Source: an uncultured Bacteroidales bacterium
GTDB taxonomy: Bacteria; Bacteroidota; Bacteroidia; Bacteroidales; VadinHA17
Assembly (NCBI GenBank): GCA_963825935.1
Contig: CAWGUN010000013.1
Coordinates: 948,340-1,012,339, forward strand
Direction: 5' to 3'
Length of the DNA: 64,000 nt
Shown piece by piece: positions 46,545-59,304 of this stretch. The notes under the pieces were generated by a model. It was not told the origin of the DNA. It searched no databases and saw only the letters and a list, made by a program, of their open reading frames with translations. Within the stretch, counting starts at the first letter, position 1, and each line of letters opens with the position of its first letter. The position numbers and the translations under genes were made by a program.

Positions 46545-49500
46545 ATGAGCTTAATAAATGATTTTCTGGGTCTTTTCCTTGGAAATAAATATGACAGGGA
46601 CATGAAGGAGATAAATCCTTATGTTGAAAAGATCCATATTGAATTTGAAAAGCTTCAGGGTTTGTCAAACGATCAGTTAAGAGATAAGACATCTGAATTA
46701 AAGAAAGAGATACTTGCCTATATTGAGGAAGATGAGTCTGAAATAAGATCGCTTAGAGAGAAAGCCGAAGCTGAAGAGGATGTTTATCAGAAAGAAGAGA
46801 TATACAACGAGATTGATAAGATCGAAAAGCATATAAGTGAGAAAATTGAAAATGTGCTTGATGAATGTGTACCAAAAGCTTTTGCAATAATTAAGGAGAC
46901 TGCCAGAAGATTCAAGGAAAACAGTGTTCTTGAGGTAACTGCAAGACAGTATGACAGGGATCTTGCAGCGACCCGGGAAAGTATCATAATCAAAGGTGAT
47001 AAGGCTCAGTGGAATAACAAATGGATTGCAGGGGGTAATGAGATCCTCTGGGATATGGTCCACTATGATGTTCAGCTTATTGGTGGCGTGGCACTTCATA
47101 AAGGGAAAATTGCCGAGATGGGTACCGGTGAAGGAAAAACGCTGGTCGCAACCCTGCCTGTATTTCTTAACGCTCTTGCCGGAAGAGGTGTTCATATTGT
47201 TACTGTAAATGATTACCTCTCAAAGCGCGACTCAGAGTGGATGGGCCCTATGTACGAGTTTCACGGGCTTACGGTAGATTGTATTGACAAGCACCAGCCT
47301 AACTCAGCCGACCGGCGCAAAGCCTACAATGCGGATATAACATTCGGCACTAACAACGAGTTTGGTTTTGATTATCTCCGTGATAATATGGCAATCAACC
47401 CGGAGGATCTGGTTCAGCGCAAACACCATTATGCTATCGTCGACGAGGTCGACTCTGTCCTTATTGACGATGCCCGTACTCCGCTCATTATTTCCGGCCC
47501 TACCGCAAAAAGCGATACACAGCAATTTGATGAGCTAAAGCCAAAAGTTGATATGCTGGTTAACGCTCAGAAAAAGCTTGTTACACAAATACTTGCCGAT
47601 TCAAAACGCCTTATAGCTGACAGTAAAAATGAAGAGGGAGGACTTCTTCTTTTAAGAGCTTTCAAGGGCCTTCCGAAAAACGGTGCTCTTATTAAGTACC
47701 TGAGTGAAGAAGGCAATAAGACACTTCTCCAGAAGACTGAGAATTTTTATATGCAGAACAACAGCAAGGATATGCATAAAGCAACCGATGATCTCTACTT
47801 TATCATCGATGAACAGGCAAATTCAATAGAGCTGACAGACAAAGGGATCGATCTTATCTCAACTTCGGTAGAAGATGCAAGTTTCTTTATCCTCCCTGAT
47901 GTTGGTTCAAAAATAGCCGACCTTGAAAAATCCGGCAAGAACGAAAGGGAAAAACTCCTGATTAAGGATGAGCTATTGCAGGATTATTCGGTTAAATCGG
48001 AGAGGGTGCATACAATGACACAGCTGCTCAAAGCATGGACTCTTTTTGAAAGGGACACAGAATATGTTGTGATTGACAATAAGGTGAAGATAGTCGATGA
48101 GCAGACAGGACGAATTCTTGAAGGCAGACGGTATTCGGATGGTCTCCACCAGGCAATTGAAGCAAAGGAAAATGTTAAAGTTGAAGCAGCAACCCAGACA
48201 TATGCGACAATTACTTTGCAGAATTATTTCAGGATGTACCACAAGCTTGCGGGAATGACAGGGACAGCTGAAACCGAAGCCGGTGAATTCTGGAATATTT
48301 ATAAGCTCGATGTCGTAGTTATTCCTACTAACAGACCCGTTATCAGGTTTGACAGGGAAGATATAGTTTATAAAACCAAAAGAGAGAAATACAACGCAGT
48401 AATAGAGGAAATTTCAAAGATGTTCCGTGAAGGCCGGCCTGTTCTGGTCGGTACAACTTCGGTTGAAATATCTGAGCTGTTGAGCAGGATGCTCAAAATG
48501 AAAGGTCTTAAGCATAATGTTCTGAATGCAAAGCTTCACCAGCGTGAAGCTGAGATCGTGGCTGAAGCAGGTAAAACAGGTACAATTACCATTGCCACAA
48601 ATATGGCAGGTCGAGGTACTGATATAAAGCTTACCGAGGCGGTAAGACAAGCCGGAGGGCTTGCAATCATCGGTACAGAAAGGCATGAATCACGGAGAGT
48701 TGACAGGCAGCTTCGTGGACGATCAGGAAGACAGGGAGATCCGGGTTCTTCACAGTTTTTTGTATCTCTCGAGGATGAACTTATGAGAATATTTGGTTCA
48801 GAAAGGATTGCCGGGATCATGGACAAGCTCGGACTTAAAGATGGCGAGATGATCCAGCATTCAATGATCACTAAATCAATTGAGCGGGCACAGAAAAAAG
48901 TGGAAGAGAACAACTTTGGCATCCGCAAGAGGCTTCTCGAATACGACGACGTTATGAACTCCCAGAGAGAGGTCATTTATAAAAAGAGACGCCATGCTCT
49001 CCTTGGAGAAAGGCTAAGTGTCGATGTCGCAAATTCAATGTCGGATGTTACAGCAAACCTTGTAGATAATTATCACGAGGAAAGTGATTATGAGGGTTTT
49101 GATTTGGATCTTATTCGCTCATTCTCAATGGATTCTCCCATTTCTTCAGAGGATTTTAAAAAGGGGACTGCTGATTTAGTTATCGATAAAGTATATGCGA
49201 AAGTTCTTGATACTTATAAAAGAAAAGTAGAATCGATCTCGCAGCAGGCTTATCCTGTACTGAAAGATGTTTACGAACGTATGTCGGCTACGTATGAGAA
49301 TGTGGTCGTCCCGATTTCTGATGGTGCCAGGGTATTCCAGGTTGTTACAAATCTGAAAGCGACTGTAGAATCAGAGGGTAAAGAACTTGCTAAAGCATAT
49401 GAGAAAACTGTTGTTCTTGCAACAATCGATGATGCCTGGAAAGAGCACCTTCGTGAGATGGATGAACTGAAGCAATCTGTGCAGAATGCAACGTATGAAC

Positions 49501-49862
49501 AGAAAGATCCTCTGTTGATATACAAATTTGAATCTTATGAGCTCTTTAAGACCATGTTGATCAAAGTGAACAGAGATATTGTCAGTACACTTATGAAAGG
49601 CCATATTCCGACCCAGGATCCCGAACAGGTAAAAGAAGCCCAGAGGCGGCGCCAGATTGATAACCTGAGAACTTCCAGGACCGATTCAATCGGGAGCACA
49701 TCAGGAGGTGGTCAGGACAGAGACCGGAAAACTGAACCGGTAAGGGTTGACAAGAAAGTCGGACGAAATGATCCCTGCCCGTGCGGGAGCGGCAAGAAAT
49801 ATAAGAATTGCCATGGTATGCAGCAATCTTCTGGAAGTCCCGAAGCAAGACCACCCAGGTAG
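46545..49862 (+). CDS. secA: Preprotein translocase ATPase SecA
   Basis: [30 protein letters not shown], and a C-terminal Zn motif [17 protein letters not shown] 46545 is preferred over TTG 46509. Confidence 0.95.
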   Translation: MSLINDFLGLFLGNKYDRDMKEINPYVEKIHIEFEKLQGLSNDQLRDKTSELKKEILAYIEEDESEIRSLREKAEAEEDVYQKEEIYNEIDKIEKHISEKIENVLDECVPKAFAIIKETARRFKENSVLEVTARQYDRDLAATRESIIIKGDKAQWNNKWIAGGNEILWDMVHYDVQLIGGVALHKGKIAEMGTGEGKTLVATLPVFLNALAGRGVHIVTVNDYLSKRDSEWMGPMYEFHGLTVDCIDKHQPNSADRRKAYNADITFGTNNEFGFDYLRDNMAINPEDLVQRKHHYAIVDEVDSVLIDDARTPLIISGPTAKSDTQQFDELKPKVDMLVNAQKKLVTQILADSKRLIADSKNEEGGLLLLRAFKGLPKNGALIKYLSEEGNKTLLQKTENFYMQNNSKDMHKATDDLYFIIDEQANSIELTDKGIDLISTSVEDASFFILPDVGSKIADLEKSGKNEREKLLIKDELLQDYSVKSERVHTMTQLLKAWTLFERDTEYVVIDNKVKIVDEQTGRILEGRRYSDGLHQAIEAKENVKVEAATQTYATITLQNYFRMYHKLAGMTGTAETEAGEFWNIYKLDVVVIPTNRPVIRFDREDIVYKTKREKYNAVIEEISKMFREGRPVLVGTTSVEISELLSRMLKMKGLKHNVLNAKLHQREAEIVAEAGKTGTITIATNMAGRGTDIKLTEAVRQAGGLAIIGTERHESRRVDRQLRGRSGRQGDPGSSQFFVSLEDELMRIFGSERIAGIMDKLGLKDGEMIQHSMITKSIERAQKKVEENNFGIRKRLLEYDDVMNSQREVIYKKRRHALLGERLSVDVANSMSDVTANLVDNYHEESDYEGFDLDLIRSFSMDSPISSEDFKKGTADLVIDKVYAKVLDTYKRKVESISQQAYPVLKDVYERMSATYENVVVPISDGARVFQVVTNLKATVESEGKELAKAYEKTVVLATIDDAWKEHLREMDELKQSVQNATYEQKDPLLIYKFESYELFKTMLIKVNRDIVSTLMKGHIPTQDPEQVKEAQRRRQIDNLRTSRTDSIGSTSGGGQDRDRKTEPVRVDKKVGRNDPCPCGSGKKYKNCHGMQQSSGSPEARPPR

Positions 49863-49868
49863 AAAGGA

Positions 49869-50747
49869 TTATTTAAGTTCTTCTGCTGCTTTCTGTATCC
49901 TTGAGAATATAGTCTTGCTGACCGGAACCAGAGGCAGACGTAAATTATTCTGACAAAGGTTCATTACGGTGAGGAATGCTTTTATCCCGGAAGGATTACC
50001 TTCGGTAAATAACAATTCTATAGATTCCAGGAACCGGAACTGTATCTCACGTGCAGTTTTGAAATTGTTTTTTAATGCATTGTTCACGAGCTCGCTGCAT
50101 TCTGCCGGATAAGCATTGGCAAGGACTGAAACCACACCTGACCCTCCTGCAGCTATTATTGGAATAGTCATCATGTCATCACCGGAAATAACCAGAAAAT
50201 TTTCAGGTTTTCCTTTTATTATCTTCATAATCTGGGCCATATCACCCGAAGCCTCCTTTACAGCAACAATATTTTCACATTCGTGAGCAAGTTCAAGACA
50301 TGTTTCAGAAGTTATGTTACTGCAGGTCCTGCCAGGAACATTATAAATGATTACAGGCAATGGGCTGCATGTTGCGATTGCTTTGAAATGCTGAAAAATT
50401 CCTCTCTGGCCAGGCTTGTTATAATAAGGAGTAACTGATAATATTCCATCAACTCCGGTGAGATCCAGTTCTCTGATAAAGTTTATAATTTCCTGAGTAT
50501 TGTTTCCTCCGATACCAACTACCAGTGGAACGCGGTTATCAATTGTTTCCGTGACATAGGAGACAAGGGCTTTCTTTTCCTCCTTTGTAAGTGTCGGAGT
50601 TTCACCGGTTGTACCCATGGCGACAATATAATTGACACCTCCCCTGATAACATGATTTATTACACGACCGAGAGCAGAAAAATCAATGCTGGAGTCGTTC
50701 TTAAATGGAGTAACAATTGCAACACCTGTCCCTTTGAACTTTTTCAT
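49869..50747 (-). CDS. dapA: 4-hydroxy-tetrahydrodipicolinate synthase
   Basis: GTGVAIVTPF, GTTGE and the catalytic Lys context VAVKEASG. Confidence 0.9.
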   Translation of the reverse strand: MKKFKGTGVAIVTPFKNDSSIDFSALGRVINHVIRGGVNYIVAMGTTGETPTLTKEEKKALVSYVTETIDNRVPLVVGIGGNNTQEIINFIRELDLTGVDGILSVTPYYNKPGQRGIFQHFKAIATCSPLPVIIYNVPGRTCSNITSETCLELAHECENIVAVKEASGDMAQIMKIIKGKPENFLVISGDDMMTIPIIAAGGSGVVSVLANAYPAECSELVNNALKNNFKTAREIQFRFLESIELLFTEGNPSGIKAFLTVMNLCQNNLRLPLVPVSKTIFSRIQKAAEELK

Positions 50748-50750
50748 ATT

Positions 50751-51326
50751 TTATTGTTTTTCAGCTCTTTTGGATGAACCTGAATTTATCATTTCGAGGT
50801 AGTGAATTATTTCGTTAAGATAAGTTTCAACCTGTACTGGTTCTTTTAGTTCCATCATCAGCTCGAAGCTTGAGGATCCGGGTTCACCGTCTGAAAGCCC
50901 CACTTTAAAACTGGCAGATGATAACGATGTAATGTATTTTAGAGGGAATACTTTATCAAAATTGAGATCAATTAAAATGTCGAATTTGTTATTGATAAAG
51001 AAATCTGATTCTGCTGATACAGGCAGGTAAAAGAAATTCACTTCCTTTCTCCTGATGCAGGAAAGATATCTTAATGCTGTATATTGATCAGGGAGCTCTT
51101 TCCCCGGATAATATCCGATTATTTTGACATCAATATTCCTGTCATGCATTCTCTGATAAAACTTCGACAGGCTGATAAAATCCCGGGTCTTTGAGGCATC
51201 CCATACAATACCTATGGATTTTACCTGTAAAATGTTTGAGTAATGTACCTTACGCCTGGTCCTTGCAATTTTTTTTGAAAGAATTGAATTCCCTAATTTA
51301 ATTCTTGTATTTCCGAATAATTCCAT
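50751..51326 (-). CDS. Hypothetical protein
   Basis: 191-aa ORF packed tightly between ligA and dapA. No motif was recognised. Confidence 0.4.
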   Translation of the reverse strand: MELFGNTRIKLGNSILSKKIARTRRKVHYSNILQVKSIGIVWDASKTRDFISLSKFYQRMHDRNIDVKIIGYYPGKELPDQYTALRYLSCIRRKEVNFFYLPVSAESDFFINNKFDILIDLNFDKVFPLKYITSLSSASFKVGLSDGEPGSSSFELMMELKEPVQVETYLNEIIHYLEMINSGSSKRAEKQ

Positions 51327-51372
51327 ACTGCAAACCTAACAGTTTTTTAATAAAATATACAGGCTATGAATA

Positions 51373-53382
<2,010 letters not shown>

Positions 53383-53421
53383 TTAAGGTAATGTTACCGG
53401 ATCCTTCTACGATTGAATATT

Positions 53422-54576
53422 TCAACTCCATACGCCCTTAATTTCTTTCCCGCATTTATTGCATTTTCCTCCGGTAATATTGTTTGTTGTTATCCTGTAT
53501 CCCTGACGGGCAACAACAATAGTGCCGCATGATGGGCATTTAGTATCAGATATTTCATCTCCCGGCACATTTCCGACGTAGACATACAATAATCCTTCGC
53601 TAATTGCAACCCTGGCAGCATTTTTAAGAATCTCCACCGGGGTCGGAGGCAGCTGTTCAAGTTTATACATAGGGTAGAATCTGCTGATGTGCACCGGAGT
53701 ATCCTTAAATCCGTTTTCGCTTAGCCATTTATACATCCTTCCGATTTCATCAATATTATCACTCCATGTCGGAACAATAAGATTTGTTATTTCAAGCCAG
53801 ACTCCCATGTCTTTGTATATTTTAAGGGAATCAAGCACCGGCTGTAATTTCCCTCCGGTAAGCCTGAGATATGTGCTGTCGCTGAACGACTTCAGATCAA
53901 TATTGGCAGCGTCAATAACTGAACAGAGTTTTTTTAAAGGTTCCGGATTAATATAACCGTTCGATTTTACAATATTCCTGACCCCGGCCTTTCGGGCAAT
54001 AACTGCAGTTTCATAAGTATATTCATAGAAAGTTGTAGGTTCTGAATACGTATAGGCAATCGACCGGCAGTTATTTTTAATTGACTCCTGAACAACCTTT
54101 TCCGGCATCAGGTCAAAATTGCGGGTCTTGTCGGGACTGGTTTGCGAGATGGTCCAGTTCTGACAGTTAAGGCAGACAAGGTTACACCCTGCAGTGGCAA
54201 TAGAATATGCCCTGGATCCGGGAAAAAAGTGATACATAGGCTTTTTCTCAACCGGATCGACATTGGCAGAACACGGATTACCATATGCCATTGTCCACAG
54301 TTTGGAATCATGAACCCTGCGATTATTGCATTTACTGGTTTCCCCCTCTTTGAGAACGCATTCATTCGGACAGATCCTGCACATTATCCCCCTGGGCGTC
54401 TCTTCCTGAAACATGGCAATCTTTTTATAGATACCCTGTTCATCAGAAATCAGACTTTTCATGACAGCAGATCCCGGCATGCAGGCAATTCCTGCAGAAA
54501 ATGCAAGGCACTTTTTCACGAAGATCCGTTTGCTGTTATCAAAATTCTTTTCAGTCATAGTGAATGAAGGATGCAT
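53422..54576 (-). CDS. AmmeMemoRadiSam-system radical SAM enzyme
   Basis: AGCNLVCLNCQNW (CxxxCxxC), an N-terminal auxiliary Cys motif CRICPNEC..C, and a C-terminal Cys pairs CPSCG..C..C. The genomic context includes Memo and AMMECR1 domains. Confidence 0.75.
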   Translation of the reverse strand: MHPSFTMTEKNFDNSKRIFVKKCLAFSAGIACMPGSAVMKSLISDEQGIYKKIAMFQEETPRGIMCRICPNECVLKEGETSKCNNRRVHDSKLWTMAYGNPCSANVDPVEKKPMYHFFPGSRAYSIATAGCNLVCLNCQNWTISQTSPDKTRNFDLMPEKVVQESIKNNCRSIAYTYSEPTTFYEYTYETAVIARKAGVRNIVKSNGYINPEPLKKLCSVIDAANIDLKSFSDSTYLRLTGGKLQPVLDSLKIYKDMGVWLEITNLIVPTWSDNIDEIGRMYKWLSENGFKDTPVHISRFYPMYKLEQLPPTPVEILKNAARVAISEGLLYVYVGNVPGDEISDTKCPSCGTIVVARQGYRITTNNITGGKCNKCGKEIKGVWS

Positions 54577-54591
54577 TAAAAAATAAAACTA

Positions 54592-57016
54592 CTACTTGTT
54601 CCTGGTTGTTCCAAGAAGTACACCGGCAAAAATCAGCACTGCCAGGAAAAAAATTGAGATTTGTATGCCGAAAGCAGGAAGTGCCACCCCTGAAATAAGT
54701 AAAAATCCCAGAGCTGAACCTGCAAGGTCAGCACTGTAGATTGAAGCCGGAGCTGAAATATCTTTATGAGAAGCAGTTAATTCCCTGAAGATATGACCTG
54801 TAATAAATCCCGGTAAAAGCGATAAAAAGATGATTATAATTATTGAGATTGCAGGCTGGTTTACTGATAAGATATATTTAAAAGATATTGCTGTAAGAAC
54901 ATAAAAGATCATCAGGGAAAATGCTTTGGTTTTAATTGAAAATGAATTAAGGAACTTCAGGTTTGTTCCAGCACCGGCTGCCAGTCCGGCCATTATAGCA
55001 GCAAGAATAATTCCGGTCAGCTGATACATGTTTCCTGCCGTAAGCTGTAATGCAAGCAAAATTATAAGCTCAAATCCGGCAAGTGCTGAAGCGCTGCAAT
55101 ACATAATCAGGTTGCTTCTCCTTACTGCCAGAACAGGTATTGCGAATGCCAGGATTAATAGAATTATTGCGGGTATCTTCTCATCCAGATCCTTACTGAA
55201 ATTATATGATTGAAAATGGAAGCAGGCGATTGGAAAAGCCGACCGGTTCACCCTTGTATTCTTATCTAGAACGGAAAGAACTTTTTCTGTCTTATTCTCT
55301 GTAAGATCATCAGAAAGGTAATCGCAGCTTACATATAAATTTTTAATTCCTCTTTTCTCTGTCAATGCGCAAAAATCAATAGATACTTCTTCATCCGAAG
55401 CTATAAAATACATCTTGTTGCCTGCAACGGGTTTTACATACCTGAATACAGATGTCAGGCTGTTGAACACTGAGGAATACAGGTTAACAGATTCCTGGTT
55501 CAGATACTCTTCACCGGGTCCGGGTGAGCACATGAAAACTCCACCCGGAATAAGCGTTTTCTGTACACTTATAAAAAAATCTGTCGTATAAAATCTGTTC
55601 AGTGAAAGAGTGGACGGAGGAGGAAGAAGCAGGATAACAGCATCGATCTTTTCTCCCTTACTCATTATGTAATGGTATGCATCTTTATTCTCAACATATA
55701 GTCTGAACAGGCCCGTTGTAAGGTTTTCTCAGTGCTGATATTGCAAGAGCCGGATCGCGTTCTATAAAAAGTATCTTCTTAACCGGGTATTTCAGCACCT
55801 CCTGAAGATGAGTTTCAAGCGAACCTGAGATCAGCAGTACCTTTTCAGGATTTGGTCTCTGGAGCAATGCGTAATGTATATCTTCTTCCCTTTCAATAAC
55901 ATCATTTTTATAAGCCAGAAGCCTTTGATTGTAATACACACTTTCTTCGCCCGAGTATTCCCCATGTGTTATATTTCCATATGGTGTATCTTTTGTTCCG
56001 GTCACATTCACTCCGGGTAACAGGAACTTCCTGAATGCAATATCCGGGTCAGAAATAATAATAATTGTGAGCAGGATCAGAAACAGTGTTTTTGCAATGA
56101 TCTTTGTATTTGCGGATTTTAACCAGAATGTCAATATTGTATATGCAAATAAGAGAATTATAACTATCATTAAAAGCTTGTAGGTGTTAAGCAATCCTGA
56201 AGTCAGTGCTGATAAAAGAATGCCGGCAGTAATCCCTCCGGTCGTTTCAATTGAAAAGGATCTTCCGGGGCTGAGATTATTTGATTCACCGGCATAACCA
56301 ATTAATTTTATAAATGTGAATCCGGAAACCATGCAAAAAGGCAGAAGCAGCAGGAAGGTAAAGATCATGCTCACGAGCAGGGAAGGAGTCTCGCCTGTTT
56401 CTAAAAATAGTCCCGATAAAATGACCATCAGGAAAAGAGATATGAAAGGGCTGAGCGAAAAGATCAGGTTGATTTTGCGGATGTCGTTTAAAGCTGATTT
56501 GGCTGCAATAGCTGCTCCTGAAGCAGATGCAATCAGCCATGAGCCAAGGAATATTCCGGTTATAAGCTCATATCCTCCTGAAATGTTCATCACCTCTCTG
56601 ATAAGCAGAAACTGAATTGCGGTACCGGCAAAACCTATAATAAAAAGGTTTGAAATAATCGATCCTGGACCAGGTTTTTGAAACTCCCGGCGAGCTTGTA
56701 TAATTTCTGATCCCGAAAATATTTTTCCAAAATATGACAGATGCCAGATAAAATGGAAAATGCCGGTCAATGCCAGACAAACTCCAATTTCTACATGCCA
56801 TTTGAGGATTATTTTTACAACCGGAATATCCCATTTGAAATTAATCTGAAGGGCCATGAACAGGCCAGCCAGTGCAGTAAAAAGAAAAGTAACCGCCAGG
56901 ATAATATTCCATAGCTTTTTATGGAAAGCCTGGGAATAGAGTCCGAACCGATAAAAGATGAAGCTGAGTAAGTAAAATAAGGAGACTGTTATAACTGTCC
57001 CGATGATATGATACAT
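54592..57016 (-). pseudogene. Polytopic membrane protein with an embedded spermidine-synthase-like (class I SAM/dcSAM) domain, split by a +1 frame break near 55695-55705
   Basis: ORF 57016-55691 ends ..VLLISGSLETHLQEVLKYPVKKILFIERDPALAISALRKPYNGPVQTIC*. The +1 frame continues YVENKDAYHYIMSKGEKIDAVILLLPPPSTLSLNRFYTTDFF, which is ORF 55665-54592. Both halves carry many hydrophobic helices. Confidence 0.7.
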
Positions 57017-57018
57017 TG

Positions 57019-58527
57019 TTACTTTTTATTTTCTTCAAGTACCAGACCTTCGTAAATAGATATTTCAGCACTCTTCCACCCATCCCAACCCAGACCTGCT
57101 TTGTCCCTGGATGTATAACCCAGGAATTGTTCGACAGTCCATCCGTTCTCGGTTGCAACCTGGGGCAGCATGGTTCCTGACCGGAAATCTTTCTTTATAT
57201 AGATCCCGTGTTTGCCCAGAACTATTTCACTGATATCATTGATTTTTTCCATGGGTCCCAGGACTGTTATCTCGAAATCGACCTTTTCATATTCTTCTTT
57301 AGTGAGTGCCGGGAACCGGGGATCTTCAAAAGCAGAAGATAATGCTGAAGCTTTTACAGCGTCATAAAGAGGGACGGGTGAGCTGAATCTTCCAATACAA
57401 CCCTTTAAGACTCCATTGATTTTCAAAGTGACGAAAGCACCAAACTGTTGTTTAAGAGCTTCAGGTATTTTCTTTTCATCGATTACATAATCCTTATTAT
57501 TAAACAGCTTTGATCTTATGCTGTTTCTTGCTATCTCAAATAATTTCTTCTTTTCATCCTCAGTAAATTTTACCTCTATGGGTGACTTTTCCGCTGACCG
57601 GGAGCTTTGGGTCTTTTCAATCACTGCAATAGCATTATAACCTACCACTCTGTCTTTCTCTCCATATGGCGAATCGCCGGAATTACAGTAATCAATCTTT
57701 TTCAGTGCGAGGTTTTTGTTTCCTTCAATCATATCAAGCAGCATAAGGCCGGATGTCCAACCACACATACTGGTTACCAGACCAGGGATATTTTTCGATG
57801 AGTTCTTTTTAAGAACAGCAAGAAATGTGGCCGGATCTCCTGAAATCAATCCGGCAGCGGTGAGATTATCTGCTTCGACAGCATCATTATATGAAGGGTA
57901 ATGTGAAAAATCACTGCTGATTACAAACAAATTATCGGGAGTGAACCAGGGCTTCAGGGCCTCGGCAATTGCTTTTATAGTTCCGGTGCTGGTGGTTCCG
58001 ATTATTATCGGAACAATCCTGGGTACTGTGGTATAATAGTACTGGATAAAAGGTATCTGAACTTCAATACAATGATCCTCGAGATGTGCATCTACGGGAT
58101 AATTAAAAACTTTATTATCATTTTTCAATTTATTGGCGATATCCCTGTTAACTATTGCCTTGCCGAGCGGAGTTATAAAATCTCCGGTATTATAGACGGA
58201 GGCTCCATCAAATGCCATCACATGGCTTGATCCTATTACGAAAATGTTATTGTATTCTGAGTTTTTCGAAGTCGCTGAGAAAGCAGAAGCTGCAATCTTC
58301 CCTGAGTAGATATATCCTGCATGAGGAGTTATAACAGCTCTGACTTTCCATTTCTCCTGCACTTTTTTGCAATCTGCGAAAAAATTTGAAAGATCTTTTA
58401 TCAGTGTTTCTTTGTCAGCAGCATAAAAACTTCCTGCTACAACCGGCCTTCTGTCAGTTGATTTATTCTGGGAATTTAGTTCCATAATACTGAAGATTGA
58501 TATCAATACTGTTAATACGATTCTCAT
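57019..58527 (-). CDS. Memo-like (AmmeMemoRadiSam protein B) fused to AMMECR1-like (protein A) domain
   Basis: N-terminal half: VVAGSFYAADKETL, ITPHAGYIYSG. C-terminal half: GAFVTLKINGVLKGCIGRF, FEDPRFP. The N-terminus is hydrophobic and signal-like. Confidence 0.75.
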   Translation of the reverse strand: MRIVLTVLISIFSIMELNSQNKSTDRRPVVAGSFYAADKETLIKDLSNFFADCKKVQEKWKVRAVITPHAGYIYSGKIAASAFSATSKNSEYNNIFVIGSSHVMAFDGASVYNTGDFITPLGKAIVNRDIANKLKNDNKVFNYPVDAHLEDHCIEVQIPFIQYYYTTVPRIVPIIIGTTSTGTIKAIAEALKPWFTPDNLFVISSDFSHYPSYNDAVEADNLTAAGLISGDPATFLAVLKKNSSKNIPGLVTSMCGWTSGLMLLDMIEGNKNLALKKIDYCNSGDSPYGEKDRVVGYNAIAVIEKTQSSRSAEKSPIEVKFTEDEKKKLFEIARNSIRSKLFNNKDYVIDEKKIPEALKQQFGAFVTLKINGVLKGCIGRFSSPVPLYDAVKASALSSAFEDPRFPALTKEEYEKVDFEITVLGPMEKINDISEIVLGKHGIYIKKDFRSGTMLPQVATENGWTVEQFLGYTSRDKAGLGWDGWKSAEISIYEGLVLEENKK

Positions 58528-58609
58528 AATTAAATTACAAAATACCGTAATAAAGTTATGCCAAAAAAATGAAGAATGAAGTGTTTGGAAGGAATAGTTT
58601 GAAGAGTGA

Positions 58610-58984
58610 TCAGATCAGCACCATTGACTCTTTCAGGACCTCTCCCTGATCACCAGTACCATAAAGTTTGATAGCTAGGTTTACAGACGGTGATCCTATC
58701 ATATCAATGACCGGACTAAGGACGTCCTTCAGATCATCTGACTCCAGCTCATCGAACTCTTCGATATCGAAGTAGAGATGTATCATAAGGGTGTTTTCAG
58801 GTCCCTTGATGGAGCTCAGGACTTTTGTGATTTTTGCAATCCAGATGGAAGATGTAGTGTTAAAATATTCAAGGTTAAGCCTCAGGTTCGTTATTCTCCG
58901 TGGACATTCAACATATTGTTTGACCCAGCTTAATATTTTTTCATAAAAAAAAGCTGCATTTTCCGGTATAGACCTTCCTGACAA
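58610..58984 (-). CDS. DUF1987 (SiaC-like) protein, start codon unclear
   Basis: GRSIPENAAFFYEKILSWV...LNLEYFNTTSS is typical of DUF1987. The reading frame stays open and family-like for 27 more codons upstream, to about 59065, with no ATG, GTG or TTG. Confidence 0.6.
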   Translation of the reverse strand: MSGRSIPENAAFFYEKILSWVKQYVECPRRITNLRLNLEYFNTTSSIWIAKITKVLSSIKGPENTLMIHLYFDIEEFDELESDDLKDVLSPVIDMIGSPSVNLAIKLYGTGDQGEVLKESMVLI

Positions 58985-59274
58985 AATAAGCTCCCCGGTA
59001 AGATGATTAAAATCGATCTGCGGCGTTTTTTTTGTAGGCTCAACAAATATATTTTTAAGCTCGTCCGTGGTGAGTAGTATTATTTATAGAGTACAATTTA
59101 AATTCCCCGGTTCAAAAATATAATAACTTATTCGTTATGTTTATCACCTTCATCAAAAAGAAATGTCAGGTAGTCAAATAATTCAATCTGTTAGTATAAA
59201 GAATGAAAATATCGCACTAACACAAGCTCCCGGTTTTTGATACCATTTTGTTTTATGTCAATATTTTAAAATAT

Positions 59275-59282
59275 TATCTTTG
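59275..59282 (+). promoter_or_regulatory. Candidate -7 promoter box (TATCTTTG) for argS
   Basis: Matches TAnnTTTG, 23 nt upstream of the ATG at 59305, with TTTG about 25 nt further upstream. Confidence 0.45.
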
Positions 59283-59304
59283 CGGCTGAAATTTGAAACG
59301 ATTA

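Noticed and set aside
48536-48976. 146-aa minus-strand ORF antisense to secA (with others at 46698-47195, 48414-48686 and 49271-49854)
   Set aside because: All lie inside the strongly supported SecA reading frame and are shadow ORFs.
54142-54567. 141-aa plus-strand ORF antisense to the radical SAM gene
   Set aside because: The minus-strand frame carries the CxxxCxxC motif and the operon context. The plus-strand ORF has no support.
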